Source: an uncultured Flavobacteriaceae bacterium (GTDB lineage Bacteria > Bacteroidota > Bacteroidia > Flavobacteriales > Flavobacteriaceae). From it: a DNA stretch of 64,000 nucleotides. The stretch covers positions 83,395 through 147,394 of the forward strand of contig CAVOQU010000012.1 of the NCBI GenBank assembly GCA_963698455.1, in the 5' to 3' direction. This document shows, in pieces, positions 31,076 through 43,327 of this stretch. The stretch's first letter is position 1. Every line of letters starts with the position of its first letter. Both the position numbers and the translations under genes were made by a program. Under the pieces are notes generated by a model. The model was given only the letters and a program-made list of their open reading frames with translations. It was not told where the DNA came from and made no database searches.

Positions 31076-31807
31076 ATGAAAAACAATCTTAGTGCCATCG
31101 TGTTTGCAATAGCAATCGTAGTAGCTTCCATCATTTTAGGAAATGCTGTAATTAATAGAAATAAACAAGTAGGGACTATCTCGGTTACCGGTTTAGGGCA
31201 AACCAATTTTACATCGGACTTGATTGTTTGGGAAGCTAGATTTTCACAGATAAACAGTGATCTAAAACAAGCGTATTCCGACTTAAAAAAAGATAAAGAA
31301 ACCATATCTGAATATTTAAAATCGAAAGGTTTAAGTAATGAAGTTATCGTTTTCAATGCCGTTGCAACTGATAAAGAATTTAAGCAGAACTATACGTCGG
31401 ATGGTAAATACTTAGGACAAGAATTTATTGGTTATACATTAAGTCAAACCGTTCAAATAAATTCTAAAGAGGTTGAAAAAGTTGAAAAAATATCGCGTGA
31501 AGTCACCGAACTATTAAATAAAGGGATTCAATTATACTCGATAGCTCCTAGATATTACTACACAAAACTTGAAGATTTAAAAATTGAAATGGTGGCACAA
31601 GCAACCGATAATGCACATGTTAGAGCTAAAAGCATTGCTGAAAACTCGGGTACTAAACTGGGTGATTTATCCCTTGCTCAAATGGGTATTTTTCAAATAA
31701 CTGGTCAAAATTCAAACGAAGATTATTCATGGGGAGGCGCTTACAACACTTCTTCTAAAGAGAAAACGGCATCTATTACTATGAAACTTACTTACCAAGT
31801 AAAATAG
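31076..31807 (+). CDS. SIMPL (DUF541) domain protein
   Basis: TISVTGLG, QATDNAHVRAKSIA. Confidence 0.85.
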   Translation: MKNNLSAIVFAIAIVVASIILGNAVINRNKQVGTISVTGLGQTNFTSDLIVWEARFSQINSDLKQAYSDLKKDKETISEYLKSKGLSNEVIVFNAVATDKEFKQNYTSDGKYLGQEFIGYTLSQTVQINSKEVEKVEKISREVTELLNKGIQLYSIAPRYYYTKLEDLKIEMVAQATDNAHVRAKSIAENSGTKLGDLSLAQMGIFQITGQNSNEDYSWGGAYNTSSKEKTASITMKLTYQVK

Positions 31808-31857
31808 AAATTCTATTCATAAGTTGATATAATTTGGTTTACACCTATTAATTTGAT

Positions 31858-31886
31858 TATATTTGGTCAACCACTTTGGTAAACCA
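31858..31886 (+). promoter_or_regulatory. Promoter -7 element overlapped by tandem TGGTNNACCA operators
   Basis: TATATTTG at 31858, TGGTCAACCA at 31864-31873, TGGTAAACCA at 31877-31886. Confidence 0.7.
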
Positions 31887-31900
31887 AATATTTTGAAATT

Positions 31901-33008
31901 ATGAAATCAGTTATTTCCTTAAGTCTTCTATTGTTTTGTCAATTCAACGCACTTAACGCTCAAGTTACACTGGATGCTGATGGACCTAGTGGCGTAGAGA
32001 CCTATAATTTAATTAATTCCGTTTTAGCTCCTGGTTATGATGCTGTTGAAGAGCCAGATTGCAGCCATTTACCAGATATTGTTAAACATATAGATGAAAT
32101 TATGGATGCAGCCACTAACGAAGCTGGTTTAGGCATCAATGTATTCCGCTTCACGTTGCATGCATTAACAGACACGGATAGATGTAATGGATCTACCGAT
32201 CGTCAACGCAACGAAATAAAAACATATGATCAATCACCCAATAATTTAAAAGGTGTGGAAGGCGAAACAGTCGTTTATAAATGGAAATTTAAATTACCTG
32301 ACGGGTTTCAATCATCTTCTAGCTTTACACACATTCATCAATTAAAATCTGTTGGCGGGCTTTATGAAGTCCATGCCTATGTATACCTTAACGACTCGTA
32401 AAGGAACTCCGGATAAATTAGAATTACGCTATGCCGAAGCAGCATCACAATCAACTTTAACACAAACCGATTTAACACCTTTTAAGGGTGTGTGGGTTGA
32501 CGTTACCGAAACCATAAAATTTGGCACTAATGCTAGCCCTAATTCTGGTACATATTCTATTATAATTAACAAAGTTAGTGATGGAACAGAATTATTAAAT
32601 TATTCTAACAATTCAATTAAAAATTGGCAAACTGATGCCAACTTCGTTCGACCAAAATGGGGAATCTACCGCAGCTTAAATAGTGTGGCCGATTTAAGAG
32701 ATGAGGAAGTATTATTTGCCAATTTTAGTATTCAAGAAAACCCAACACTCTCAGTAAATAAACTAGAAGATAATACTAATTTAGTTAGCATTTTTCCTAA
32801 TCCTAGTAATAATGAAGTTCATATTAAAGAAACCATTCCAAATAGTTTCAATTACATCAATATCCTTGATAATTTAGGTAGAATTATTCGCTCTCAAAAA
32901 TCTTCATCTAAAACTATTAGTATTTCAAACTTAAAAAAAGGTCTCTACTTTGTTGAATTGAAAAAAGATTCGAATACAATTCGTATTGAAAAATTGGTTG
33001 TAAATTAA
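31901..33008 (+). CDS. T9SS-secreted jelly-roll polysaccharide lyase-like protein (frameshift near 32370)
   Basis: Signal peptide; RQRNEIK, HIHQLK and RPKWGIYRS echo the three conserved PL7-like boxes; C-terminal IFPNPS...KKGLYFV T9SS domain. Confidence 0.65.
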
Positions 33009-33135
33009 ATATCAACCTTGCCTTAAATTAGCGCTTAATCCATTTTTTTAGTAATCTTATCTAAAAGATAGTTATTTACCTGTATAACAGGTGATAATAA
33101 TAAATAAAAATTTAGTTGTTTTTTAAAAAAAACAT

Positions 33136-33164
33136 TATATTTGGTTAACCAATTTGGTTTACCA
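33136..33164 (+). promoter_or_regulatory. Promoter -7 element overlapped by tandem TGGTNNACCA operators
   Basis: TATATTTG at 33136, TGGTTAACCA at 33142-33151, TGGTTTACCA at 33155-33164. Confidence 0.72.
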
Positions 33165-33193
33165 ATTATTATTCACTTACTAAACTATTCGAA

Positions 33194-35805
33194 ATGAGAT
33201 TAAAAACTACTCTAAATTATCGATCTTTAATTAAAGGTCTGTCCTTTAAAACTTTTGTTTTTACATTAATTCTATGCTGTAATTATGGAGTTTTTTCGCA
33301 AACGAGAACAACTCCAGGAGTACCACAAACTTTTACAATTACGAGCCCCTCAGCACTTACAGCTACTTATTCTGCTAATCTTATTCCAGGAGATATAGTT
33401 GAATTGGCAAATGGAACATATTCTTCAAGTGCAACAATGAAAATTAATGGTGTGGGTACAGAAGCTTTGCCTATTACTTATAAACCAGCGACTCCTGGAG
33501 GTGTTACATTTACTGGTGGTCAAACAATGGATATTGGTGGAGACTACTGTATTGTTGAAGGTTTTCGTTGGAAAGGTGGTGTTGGTACTAGCAATTTTAT
33601 TGAATTTAGGGATAGTACTAATTATGCCTACAATAGCACTCTTCAAAACTGTGTGGTTGATGGTGTAACTGTTAGTGGTGGTGTTAATCCATCAGGTGGT
33701 GTGAGTGTAAAACACAATTGGGTGGTACTGTACGGAACCAACAACACTGTAATTAACTGTTCTTTTTTGAATAAAATAACTTCTGGAAATATGATTCTGG
33801 GAGAATATGAATTTAATGCTGCAGATGATCGTTGTAAGGTTGTAGGTCATAAAATTCTTAATAATTACTTCTATAATTACTCAAAAATTGACGCCACAGC
33901 AACAAATTCTGGAGATAGTGAAGCGATACGTATAGGCACGAGTGAATTTCAAAACGTCCATAGTGATGCATTAGTTCAGAACAATTATTTTGTATCGGCT
34001 GATGGTGAAAATGAAATCATCACTAATAAAAGTAAAGGCAATAGCTATATTAATAACACGTTTAGAAAATGTAGAGGTTCTTTAGTACTACGTCATGGTT
34101 CTGACACCAAAGTTAATGGAAATTACTTTTTAGGTGAAAATGTTGAAGGTACTGGAGGTATTAGAATTGTTGATAGTAACCAATCCATTAGAAACAATTA
34201 CATTCAAGATTGTGTTACAACCACGGATAATGCTATTTGGAATAACGGAATCACCTTTTTAGGAGGAAACGATGCCAGTGCAGTTGATTGTTCTTTAACA
34301 AGCATGACAAACGGCTATCAAAAAGTTCAAAATATTGACGTATCTAACAATACAATCGTAAATACAAATGCCCCGTTATTTTTTAATATTAATACGGGAA
34401 CTACCAAACCATTAGGCACAGTTTCCAATAACTTAATTTATTTTGCTGCTGGCAACTCCAATATAACCCCGGTAATTTCTGGAAATACCACATCTCCTAT
34501 TGCAATGGGAACTGGACTAACATATTCCGGAAACGAATATAACGGAACTACATTGGGTGAAACAACATATAACGGTTTTTCTGAAAATACAGGAATTTCA
34601 GCCAATACATCTGGTGAAATTTTCACGTTCACCGGTGTAGCCGGTAAGGGTGCAGATATGGGTGCTTATACGCCAATAACTGATGGTATGGTTGGTTATG
34701 GTATAGGCGCTTGTTTTGTAAATAATATAGGAAATGTAATATCAGACGGCGATTGCAATGTGGTTATACCAGAATCTTTAATTGTTAGTACTTTGCCTAC
34801 GCTTTCTTATGTTGCAGGTAGCTACGATGTTAACTGTTACTGCTAATGTAGGCTGGTCTGCCGTGTCTAACGATGCTTGGATAACAACTATTAATCCTGC
34901 TTCGGGTTCGGGTGATGCTACAGTTTCGGTTACGGTTACTGAAAACACAGGTACAATTAGTAGAAGTGGATCAGTAACTTTTACCCAAGATCCTGGAGGT
35001 GATGATATTGTAAGAACCTTAAACATTACACAAGATGCACCACCACCACCAGACCCACGTGATGGTTTAAACCAAATAAACGCTAATTGCTGCTGATGTA
35101 GAAGTAGATTATGTTTCCAATGAAGAAGTGACTGTACTACAAAATTTAATTATGCAGTGAATAGTTTAGATAAAGACCTTAATACGCAATGGGCTGGAAA
35201 TGGCGCTGCAGATCCAAGCAATAATGCCATTATAATTTACGATTTAATAGGTGCTTTTGATTTACAATTGGTAGATATTGCAACAACGAATGGAAAAACA
35301 TACTAATTTACAAATATTGGTTTCATCAACAGGAACTGCAGATGGTGATTTTACAAATCCATTTCCTGCTATTCCTGAATACCTTGAAAGTAATACAGAT
35401 GCAAGTTTTAAAGCTTTTGTGCTTCCAACTACCGCAATCGGTACTAAATATGTAAAAATTATTGGTAATGGACAAGTTGGAAGTACTAGTAGATATACAA
35501 CTTTACATGAAGTCGAATTTTATGGTGATACAAGTACGCTTTCAGTAAATGATAATTTGGTAAATCAAATAAAATTATATCCAAACCCTGTTAAAGATAT
35601 TTTAACACTTAAAAACATAAGTAACCATGTGAATTTGATTCAGGTTTTTACAATTGATGGTAGAAAAATTTTAGAAAAATCTATAAAATCTTCAGAAGCT
35701 GAAATCAAAATAGATATGTCTTCGTTTTCAAATGGTGCATATATCTTAAATACTATTAATGACAGTCAATCTAAACAATCTAAAATGATTATTGTTTCAC
35801 ATTAA
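33194..35805 (+). CDS. T9SS-secreted PL6 (chondroitinase B/alginate lyase) with BACON and F5/8-like domains (frameshifted)
   Basis: PGDIVELANGTY, SEAIRIGTS, ENEIITNKS, GSLVLRHG; BACON-like WSAVSNDAWIT...GSGDATVSVTV; PPPP linker; LHEVEFYG; LYPNPVKD C-terminal domain. Confidence 0.85.
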
Positions 35806-35880
35806 TCATCCTATTTATAATTAAAAGTTTCTTTTTATTAATATGTATCTTCGTATTAAAATAAAAAGAAACTTTTTTTT

Positions 35881-36336
35881 ATGCCCTTAAATATCGTACT
35901 TATTGAGCCCGAAATACCTAACAATACTGGAAATATTGGGCGTTTAGCATTGGCTTCTGGTTCTACATTGCATTTAGTAAGACCCTTTGGTTTTGAAATT
36001 GATGACACTCGATTAAAACGTGCCGGTTTAGATTATTGGAAACACGTGTCCATTGTTTATTATGACAACATTGAAGAATTTTTCAGCATAAATAAAAACC
36101 TAAACATAGTATTTCTTTCCAGTCATGGAACCAAAAACCATTGGGATATTCCATTTGAAGATAATATGTTTTTAATCTTCGGAAAAGAATCTGTTGGATT
36201 GCCAAAATCTATTATTGAAAAAAATGCAAATCAACTTTATAAAATACCCATATATAGTGAACATGTTAGAAGTTTAAATTTAGCCAACGCTGTTGCTATT
36301 GTAGTTTATGAAGGATTGAAACATGTGAAATTATAA
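35881..36336 (+). CDS. trmL: tRNA (cytidine/uridine-34-2'-O)-methyltransferase
   Basis: PEIPNNTGNIGR, KRAGLDYW, FGKESVGL, RSLNLAN. Confidence 0.95.
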   Translation: MPLNIVLIEPEIPNNTGNIGRLALASGSTLHLVRPFGFEIDDTRLKRAGLDYWKHVSIVYYDNIEEFFSINKNLNIVFLSSHGTKNHWDIPFEDNMFLIFGKESVGLPKSIIEKNANQLYKIPIYSEHVRSLNLANAVAIVVYEGLKHVKL

Positions 36337-36376
36337 ACACCTGATAAAAAATCAGATAACAAAAAGGTTCAAATAT

Positions 36377-36619
36377 TTAATTTGAACCTTTTTTATATTC
36401 ATTTTGCTTTAACATATTTAAATACAAAGCCTCTACTTTAGTTCTTGCCCAAGGTGTTCGTCTTAAAAATTTTAAACTCGATTTTACCGATGGTTTATCT
36501 GTAAAGCATTTAATTTTAATATTGTAACCCATATACTCCCAGCCATAATGCGCAACCAAATCGTTTATGATTTGTTCTAGTTTTATGCCATGAAGTGGGT
36601 TGTTGGGTTGAGAATCCAT
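36377..36619 (-). CDS. VF530/DUF2132 family protein
   Basis: [27 protein letters not shown]. Confidence 0.9.
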   Translation of the reverse strand: MDSQPNNPLHGIKLEQIINDLVAHYGWEYMGYNIKIKCFTDKPSVKSSLKFLRRTPWARTKVEALYLNMLKQNEYKKGSN

Positions 36620-36683
36620 CGCTTTTTAACTTCTTCTATCGGTACGACGTCTATCCGTATTTCGTTTTGGTCGTCTAGAACTA

Positions 36684-37908
36684 TCATTTTTTTGAGTATT
36701 TGAACTTACTATTTCTAGAGCGATTTCCGCCGCCACCTCGCTGTTGTCTTTTTTCCGGTTCAGTTGAGGCATTTGGGTCCGGTTCAAAACCTTCAACAAT
36801 TTCTACTGGAATTCGCATGCCAACTAATTTTTCAATATCTCTTAAAAATGTCGTTTCATCAGCACTTACTAGCGAAATAGCTTCACCACTCGCTCCTGCT
36901 CTACCCGTTCTACCTATTCTATGTACATAATCTTCAGAAATATTAGGCAATTCAAAATTAATAACGTGAGGCAATAAAGGAATATCCAATCCACGGGCTG
37001 CAATATCAGTTGCTACTAAAACACTTACACTACCGTTTTTAAAACCGCCCAAAGCTTTGGTACGAGCTCCCTGACTTTTATTGCCGTGAATTGCTGCAGC
37101 TTTAATACCTGCCTTCGCCATTTTTTCACATAGCTTATTAGCGCCATGTTTAGTACGTGTAAAAACCAATACCTGTTGCCAGTTTCCGTCCAAAATCAGT
37201 TTAATAATCAGATCTGTTTTTAAACCTTTGGCAACCCTGTATACTTTTTGTGAAATAGCTTCAACTGTTGTGTTTTCTGGCGTTGCTTCAACATGCACCG
37301 GATGATTTAGAATACCATGAGCCAGTTTCTTAATATCATTTGAAAATGTTGCCGAAAACATTAAATTCTGACGTTTTACAGGCATCATTTTTATAATACG
37401 TTCAATATCACGTAAAAAACCCATATCGAGCATTCTATCGGCTTCATCTAAAACCAAAATTTCAACACGTTTTAATGAAATATGGTTCTGATTTATTAAA
37501 TCTAATAAGACGGCCAGGAGTTGCTACTAAAACATCAATTCCCTGTCGCATAGTTGCAACCTGTGGATTCTGGTTAACACCTCCAAAAATAACAGCACTA
37601 CGTATATCTAAAAACTCGCCGTACTCTCTAACATTGGCATACACTTGTGCCGCCAATTCACGTGTTGGCGTTAATATTAATGCACGAACTGGTTTGTATT
37701 TTTCTTTTGGGTTTTCAGACAATATATGCAACAGTGGCAACGTAAAACCAGCTGTTTTCCCTGTACCGGTTTGTGCGCTAGCCAATACATCTTTTCCTTG
37801 TAAAATCGGTGGAATTGCTTTTTGCTGAATAGGACTTGGAGTTGTGTATCCCTTTTTGCTAATTGCTTTTAGCAAGGCTTGAGATAAGCCTAATGAATTA
37901 AATGACAT
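36684..37908 (-). CDS. DEAD-box RNA helicase, RhlE-like (frameshift near 37490)
   Basis: [31 protein letters not shown]. Confidence 0.93.
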
Positions 37909-38143
37909 ATAAATTGTTTGGTAATCCCTTGTAGGATATTGGAGATGACAATCTATAATTACATATCACCCCGTTTTAATTAAGCGGCAAATGTACGGTT
38001 AATTTATGGAGCAGCATTTTTTATTTCCTTCTTGACTTTGTGAAAAATTTCAATTACCTTCGTTTACCTTCAGATATTATCTGCTTTTTGCATGGCTAAA
38101 ATTTCAATTTCATGATACCTTTAGCTTTTATACATACAATTTA

Positions 38144-39085
38144 ATGAGATATAACAAATACATAAAACAATCACCCCCAGTTTCTGAAATAGGTTTTGGT
38201 TCTTGGCAATTAGGAGTTAATTCGGGTTGGAAAAATCTGACCGATGAAGAAGCTGCAACTATGATAAATAAATCTTTGGATTTAGGAGTTAATTTCTTTG
38301 ATACAGCACCAAATTACGGACACGGAACAAGTGAAATAAGACTTGGAAAGTCGTTGCAAAAGGCTGACCGAAGTAAACTTGTTATAAATACAAAATTTGG
38401 TCATACAGATTCTGGAAAAACAAATTATAGCTCAAAATACATTCGCGAATCTTTAGAAGGGAGTTTAAAAAGATTGCAATCGGAGTATGTTGATTCAATA
38501 ATAATTCATAACCCTCCTTCCGAGTATCTTGACGGTAACAAAAATGACCATTATGAAATCCTGGAAAAATTAATGGATGAAGGAAAAATTAAAGCTTATG
38601 GCGCATCATTAGATACGTATAGTGATATGAAGCTGTTTATGGAAACTACAAAATGTGAGGTAATAGAAGCCTTTTTTAATATTTTACATCAAGATAGCGC
38701 ACGTGCATTTACTTTAGCTAAAGAAAAAGAAGTTGCCATCATTGCAAAAATCCCCCTCGATTCTGGTTGGCTTACAGGGAAATACAATGAAGACAGTATA
38801 TTTAACGATATAAGAAAACGCTGGACAAGAAATGATATCAAAACAAGAGCAAAATTAGTTAATAAAGTAAAAAATATTATTGGTTCAGAAATGAATCTTT
38901 CTCATGCGGCACTATCATTTTGTCTGGCTTATGACGCCGTATCGACTGTAATTCCAGGAAATACTAGCATTGCGCAGTTAGAAAATAATTTGGCTAGCAT
39001 TTCAAAGCCAATGTCAAAAGAACTTGTTAAAAAGATTGAGAAATTCTATCAAGATGAAGTTAAAGAACTAAAACTTCCTTGGTAG
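38144..39085 (+). CDS. Aldo/keto reductase
   Basis: IGFGSWQLG, FDTAPNYG, TKFG, SLKRL. Confidence 0.92.
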   Translation: MRYNKYIKQSPPVSEIGFGSWQLGVNSGWKNLTDEEAATMINKSLDLGVNFFDTAPNYGHGTSEIRLGKSLQKADRSKLVINTKFGHTDSGKTNYSSKYIRESLEGSLKRLQSEYVDSIIIHNPPSEYLDGNKNDHYEILEKLMDEGKIKAYGASLDTYSDMKLFMETTKCEVIEAFFNILHQDSARAFTLAKEKEVAIIAKIPLDSGWLTGKYNEDSIFNDIRKRWTRNDIKTRAKLVNKVKNIIGSEMNLSHAALSFCLAYDAVSTVIPGNTSIAQLENNLASISKPMSKELVKKIEKFYQDEVKELKLPW

Positions 39086-39258
39086 GATAGTTTATTGTTT
39101 AATTTTTTCTGATTATAAAGGTTGTGTTTGACAAGCTATAAATATTCAAATTTTTGCTTAAAAAATGTTTTAACAATTCATTTATATTTAATTTCGCCCA
39201 AAATTAATTAAAAATAGTCCATTCAGGAGATTCTATTCAACAATGACCTAACGATTTT

Positions 39259-41860
39259 ATGCCTAAACTCCTGAATTATAAAAAACCACTTTTATTCATA
39301 TTAATTATAATTACTTTTGGAAGTTGTGGTATATCAAGATCTGTTTCTGAAAAAGAATTAAACGACCATTGGTATTTTAAAAAGTCTCTGGATACCTTAT
39401 GGAAAAACGCTACTGTTCCTGGAACGGTTCACACAGATTTATTAGCACTTCAGGAAATAGAAGAACCATACTATTGGCTTAAATGAACATAATCTTCAAT
39501 GGATAGATAAGACAAATTGGGATTATCAAACAACATTTAATATTTCAAAAAGAGAACTTTCAAAACAACATATTGAATTAGATTTTTCCGGACTTGACAC
39601 TTATGGTCATATTTTTATAAATGACTCCCTAATACTTCAAACAGACAATATGTTTCGCAACTATACTATTGATGCGAAACAATTTCTAAAAAAGGGTGAT
39701 AACAAACTTCTAATAGCATTCGATTCCCCCATAAATAAAGGCATAGAAAAATATGATGCTTTAGCTTATAAATTTCCGTTTTCCGACAATGATCTGGCTA
39801 AAATTGGTCAGGTAGAAAACGAAAAAAGAGTAAGTATATTTACAAGAAAAGCAGGTTATCATTTTGGATGGGATTGGGGACCAAGACTCGTTACCTCAGG
39901 TATTTGGAAACCTATTAAACTACTAAGTTGGAATCAACATAAAATTGAGGATGTTTTTATACAGCAAAATAGTATTGGCGAAAAAGCAAACATGACTGCA
40001 CATATTGAATTGGCAGTAAATAACAAAAGTGAAAAAGGAGTAGTTGAAGTTATAGTTAACGGAAAAACAATCAAAAAAACACGCGTCAAATTATCTGAAG
40101 GAAATAGCAATCTTCAAATTCCATTCGAAATAAAAAACCCTGAGTTATGGTGGCCAAATGGTATGGGTGATCAGGTTTTATATGATGTAGAAGTAAAACT
40201 TACTTCTGGTTTTTATACCGTTACAAAATCACACAAAATTGGTTTAAGAACCATAGAATTAATTAGAGAACCAGATGCTATAGGAACCTCTTTTTATTTT
40301 AAAGTGAATGGGCATGCCGTATTTATGAAAGGCGCAAACTATATACCCCAAGACGTATTTTTACCCAACGTAAAAAAAGCAAATTATGAACATATTATAG
40401 CTTCAGCCAAAAATGCCAATATGAATATGCTTCGTGTATGGGGCGGTGGAATTTATGAAAATGATAAATTTTACCAATTGTGTGATGAAATGGGCTTATT
40501 AGTCTGGCAAGATTTCATGTTTGCTTGTGCTATGTATCCTGGCGACACGTCCTTTCTGGAAAATGTAAAACAGGAAGCTATAGATAATGTTAAACGTTTG
40601 AGAAATCATACATCCATAGCACTTTGGTGCGGAAATAACGAAGTTCTCTCTGCATGGGAAAACTGGGGTTGGAAAAATAACGTAACAGAAGAGCAGTCTA
40701 AAGAAATAGCTGATACTATTTGGAAAGCATATGATGATGTTTTTCATAAAATATTACCCGAAGTTGTTACAAGTTATGACGGTACACGTGCTTATTGGCC
40801 ATCATCTCCCGGAAGTGATTTTGGTGGAAAAGAATCATTTGAAAAAGGAGATGCCCATTATTGGATGGTTTGGTGGGGCAAAGAACCTTTTGATAATTAT
40901 AACAAAGCCATCCCACGATTTATGTCGGAATATGGCTTTCAATCATTTCCTGAATTTTCAACCGTTGAAAAATACACACTTCCTGAAGATCATAACATCT
41001 ATTCTGAGGTCATGAAATCGCATCAAAGATCAGGTATTGGGAATGAAACTATTGAAGAATATATGCTTAGGGACTATAAACAACCAAAAGATTTTGAGAG
41101 TTTTCTATACGTTAGTCAGTTATTACAAGCACATGGAATTAAAATTGGAATTGAAGCACACAGAAGAAACAGAGATAGATGTATGGGAAGTCTTTATTGG
41201 CAAATTAATGACTGTTGGCCCGTAGCTTCTTGGTCGAGTATAGACTATTATGGCAAATATAAAGCGTTGCATTACACAGCTAAAAAATCGTTTGAAAATT
41301 TTTTAATAAGCTTTGAAAATAAAGAAGATAATTTAGACGTATTTGTGGTTTCAGATTCTCTGAAAAATATGAATTCGAACCTTAAGATTGAATTATTGGA
41401 TTTTGATGGGAATCTTTTAAAACAATGGGAAAAGCTTATTACGACTGAAGCGAATAAATCCATTAAGTATATTAGTGTATTAAAAAATGACATTTTAAAT
41501 ATTTCCAATTTAGACAACGTAGTACTTCACGCAGCATTATTAAATAATGAAAACAATAGAATTATTACAGAAAATCTATTTTATTTATCACCTTATAAAG
41601 AACTGAAATTAACAAATCCAGACTTAACTTTTGCGGTTAATGAAAATATGGATGAATTTGAGCTCATTTTAAAGACTAAAAAATTGGCTAAAAATGTTTA
41701 TTTATCTGTTGGTTCCGACAACAATTTTTCGGACAACTATTTTGATATGCTTCCTAACGCAGAGAAAAAAGTCACCATTAAAAAAAGTCAATTAGAAAAC
41801 TTAGAATCATTTATAGAAAAACTTAAAGTGATTACCTTATTTGATAGTTATATAAATTAA
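39259..41860 (+). CDS. GH2 beta-mannosidase-like lipoprotein (frameshift near 39475)
   Basis: ATVPGTVHTDL, HFGWDWGP, NMLRVWGGG, WCGNNE, RFMSEYGFQS, WQINDCWP. Confidence 0.92.
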
Positions 41861-41988
41861 AATTTATATAACCACTAACTACCAAAAAACTCAGTTGTGA
41901 AAAGTTTTAAGAAATGCTGTAGTAACTATCTTTTTAGACACGCAACCTTTAACGGTTTTCAGCATCTAATTAAAGAATATTAATCTTT

Positions 41989-42360
41989 ATGAAAAAGTCA
42001 CTTTTGGTTTCAGTCCTTTTAATATGTACTTTATTATCATGTAAAGATAATGATGACAATTTATCTAATACTTGTAACGTATCTAACCCTATTGAAGATT
42101 TGTCTTGGTTAAAAAATAAAATTCTAGAGCTTGAAGAAACAAGTTTATATCAATCTGGAGAAATCTTTATATCACAAGCAAAATACCGCGATAAAACTAT
42201 TTTTATTTTAAATAATTGCTGTGCAGTATGCAACACTATTGTCCCTGTTTTTAATTGTGAAGGTGAAGCAATAGGTTATATGGGTGATGATTCAATTAAC
42301 TCTAGTGAAATTAAGGAAAATATTATTATCTGGAAACCAGAAAACTTCATCTGCATTTAA
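41989..42360 (+). CDS. Hypothetical Cys-containing lipoprotein (DUF6970-like)
   Basis: Lipobox LLSC, CNVSNPIEDLSWL, CCAVC..VFNCEG. Confidence 0.7.
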   Translation: MKKSLLVSVLLICTLLSCKDNDDNLSNTCNVSNPIEDLSWLKNKILELEETSLYQSGEIFISQAKYRDKTIFILNNCCAVCNTIVPVFNCEGEAIGYMGDDSINSSEIKENIIIWKPENFICI

Positions 42361-43055
42361 AAAAACTCAGCTTCAAAAAGTTTTGAAAAATGCTTCAGTA
42401 GTTTTTCTTTTACTTCTTCCATCGGAACTTCTTCAACACCGAGTTCAACTTGCAATGAAGTCACGGCTTTACCTCTAATGCCACAGGGTATTATGTTATC
42501 AAAATACCCCAAATTGGCATTTACGTTAAGCGCAAAACCATGCATTGTGACCCATCTGCTTGCTCGTACTCCCATGGCACATATTTTACGGGCAAATGGT
42601 GTGCCTACATCTAACCAGACACCTGTTTCACCGGGGCTTCTTTCGGCATTTAAGCCATATTCCGCAAGGGTAAGAATTATCATTTCTTCTAAAAAGCGCA
42701 AGTATTTATGGATATCGGTAAAAAAATTTTCTAAATCTAATATGGGATACCCTACAATTTGCCCCGGTCCGTGATAGGTTATATCGCCGCCACGGTTTAT
42801 TTTATAAAAAGTGGCCCCTTTTTCGGTTAGTTGTTTTTCACTTAAAAGCAAGTTAGACAAATCGCCACTTTTACCCAATGTATACACATGTGGATGTTCA
42901 ACAAATAAAAAATAATTGCTTGTTTTTAATTGAGTCTCTTCTTTTCGGTTTTTAATTTTAGTATCAACGATACCTTTAAACAACTGCTCTTGATAATCCC
43001 AAGTTTGTTTGTAATCTTTAAGACCTAATTCTTGCAGTTCTATTTGCTTATTCAT
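42357..43055 (-). CDS. lipB: Octanoyltransferase LipB
   Basis: EHPHVYTLG, RGGDITYHGPGQ, KICAMG, HGFALN, IPCG. Confidence 0.97.
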   Translation of the reverse strand: MNKQIELQELGLKDYKQTWDYQEQLFKGIVDTKIKNRKEETQLKTSNYFLFVEHPHVYTLGKSGDLSNLLLSEKQLTEKGATFYKINRGGDITYHGPGQIVGYPILDLENFFTDIHKYLRFLEEMIILTLAEYGLNAERSPGETGVWLDVGTPFARKICAMGVRASRWVTMHGFALNVNANLGYFDNIIPCGIRGKAVTSLQVELGVEEVPMEEVKEKLLKHFSKLFEAEFF

Positions 43056-43168
43056 AGAGTGCAAAATTACATTATTTATGCTCGCGAAGTCGCAAAGTGG
43101 TAGAGAAAAAAAACAAAAAAATCTCCAAATTAAGTCCTAAAGTCAAGATTTTAAACTGTGAATGTAAA

Positions 43169-43327
43169 CTAACTCTTAGGATTATTTAAGATAACCAATG
43201 CTGCAATAACTCCAGGAACCCATCCGCAAAGCCATAATAGGAAAACAATAAAGATAGACCCGCAACCTTTATCTATAACGGCTAATGGCGGACAAATAAT
43301 AGAAAGTAGTACTCTCCAAAAACTCAT
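43169..43327 (-). CDS. YqaE/Pmp3 family small membrane protein
   Basis: SIICPPLAV...GWVPGVIAA. Confidence 0.88.
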   Translation of the reverse strand: MSFWRVLLSIICPPLAVIDKGCGSIFIVFLLWLCGWVPGVIAALVILNNPKS

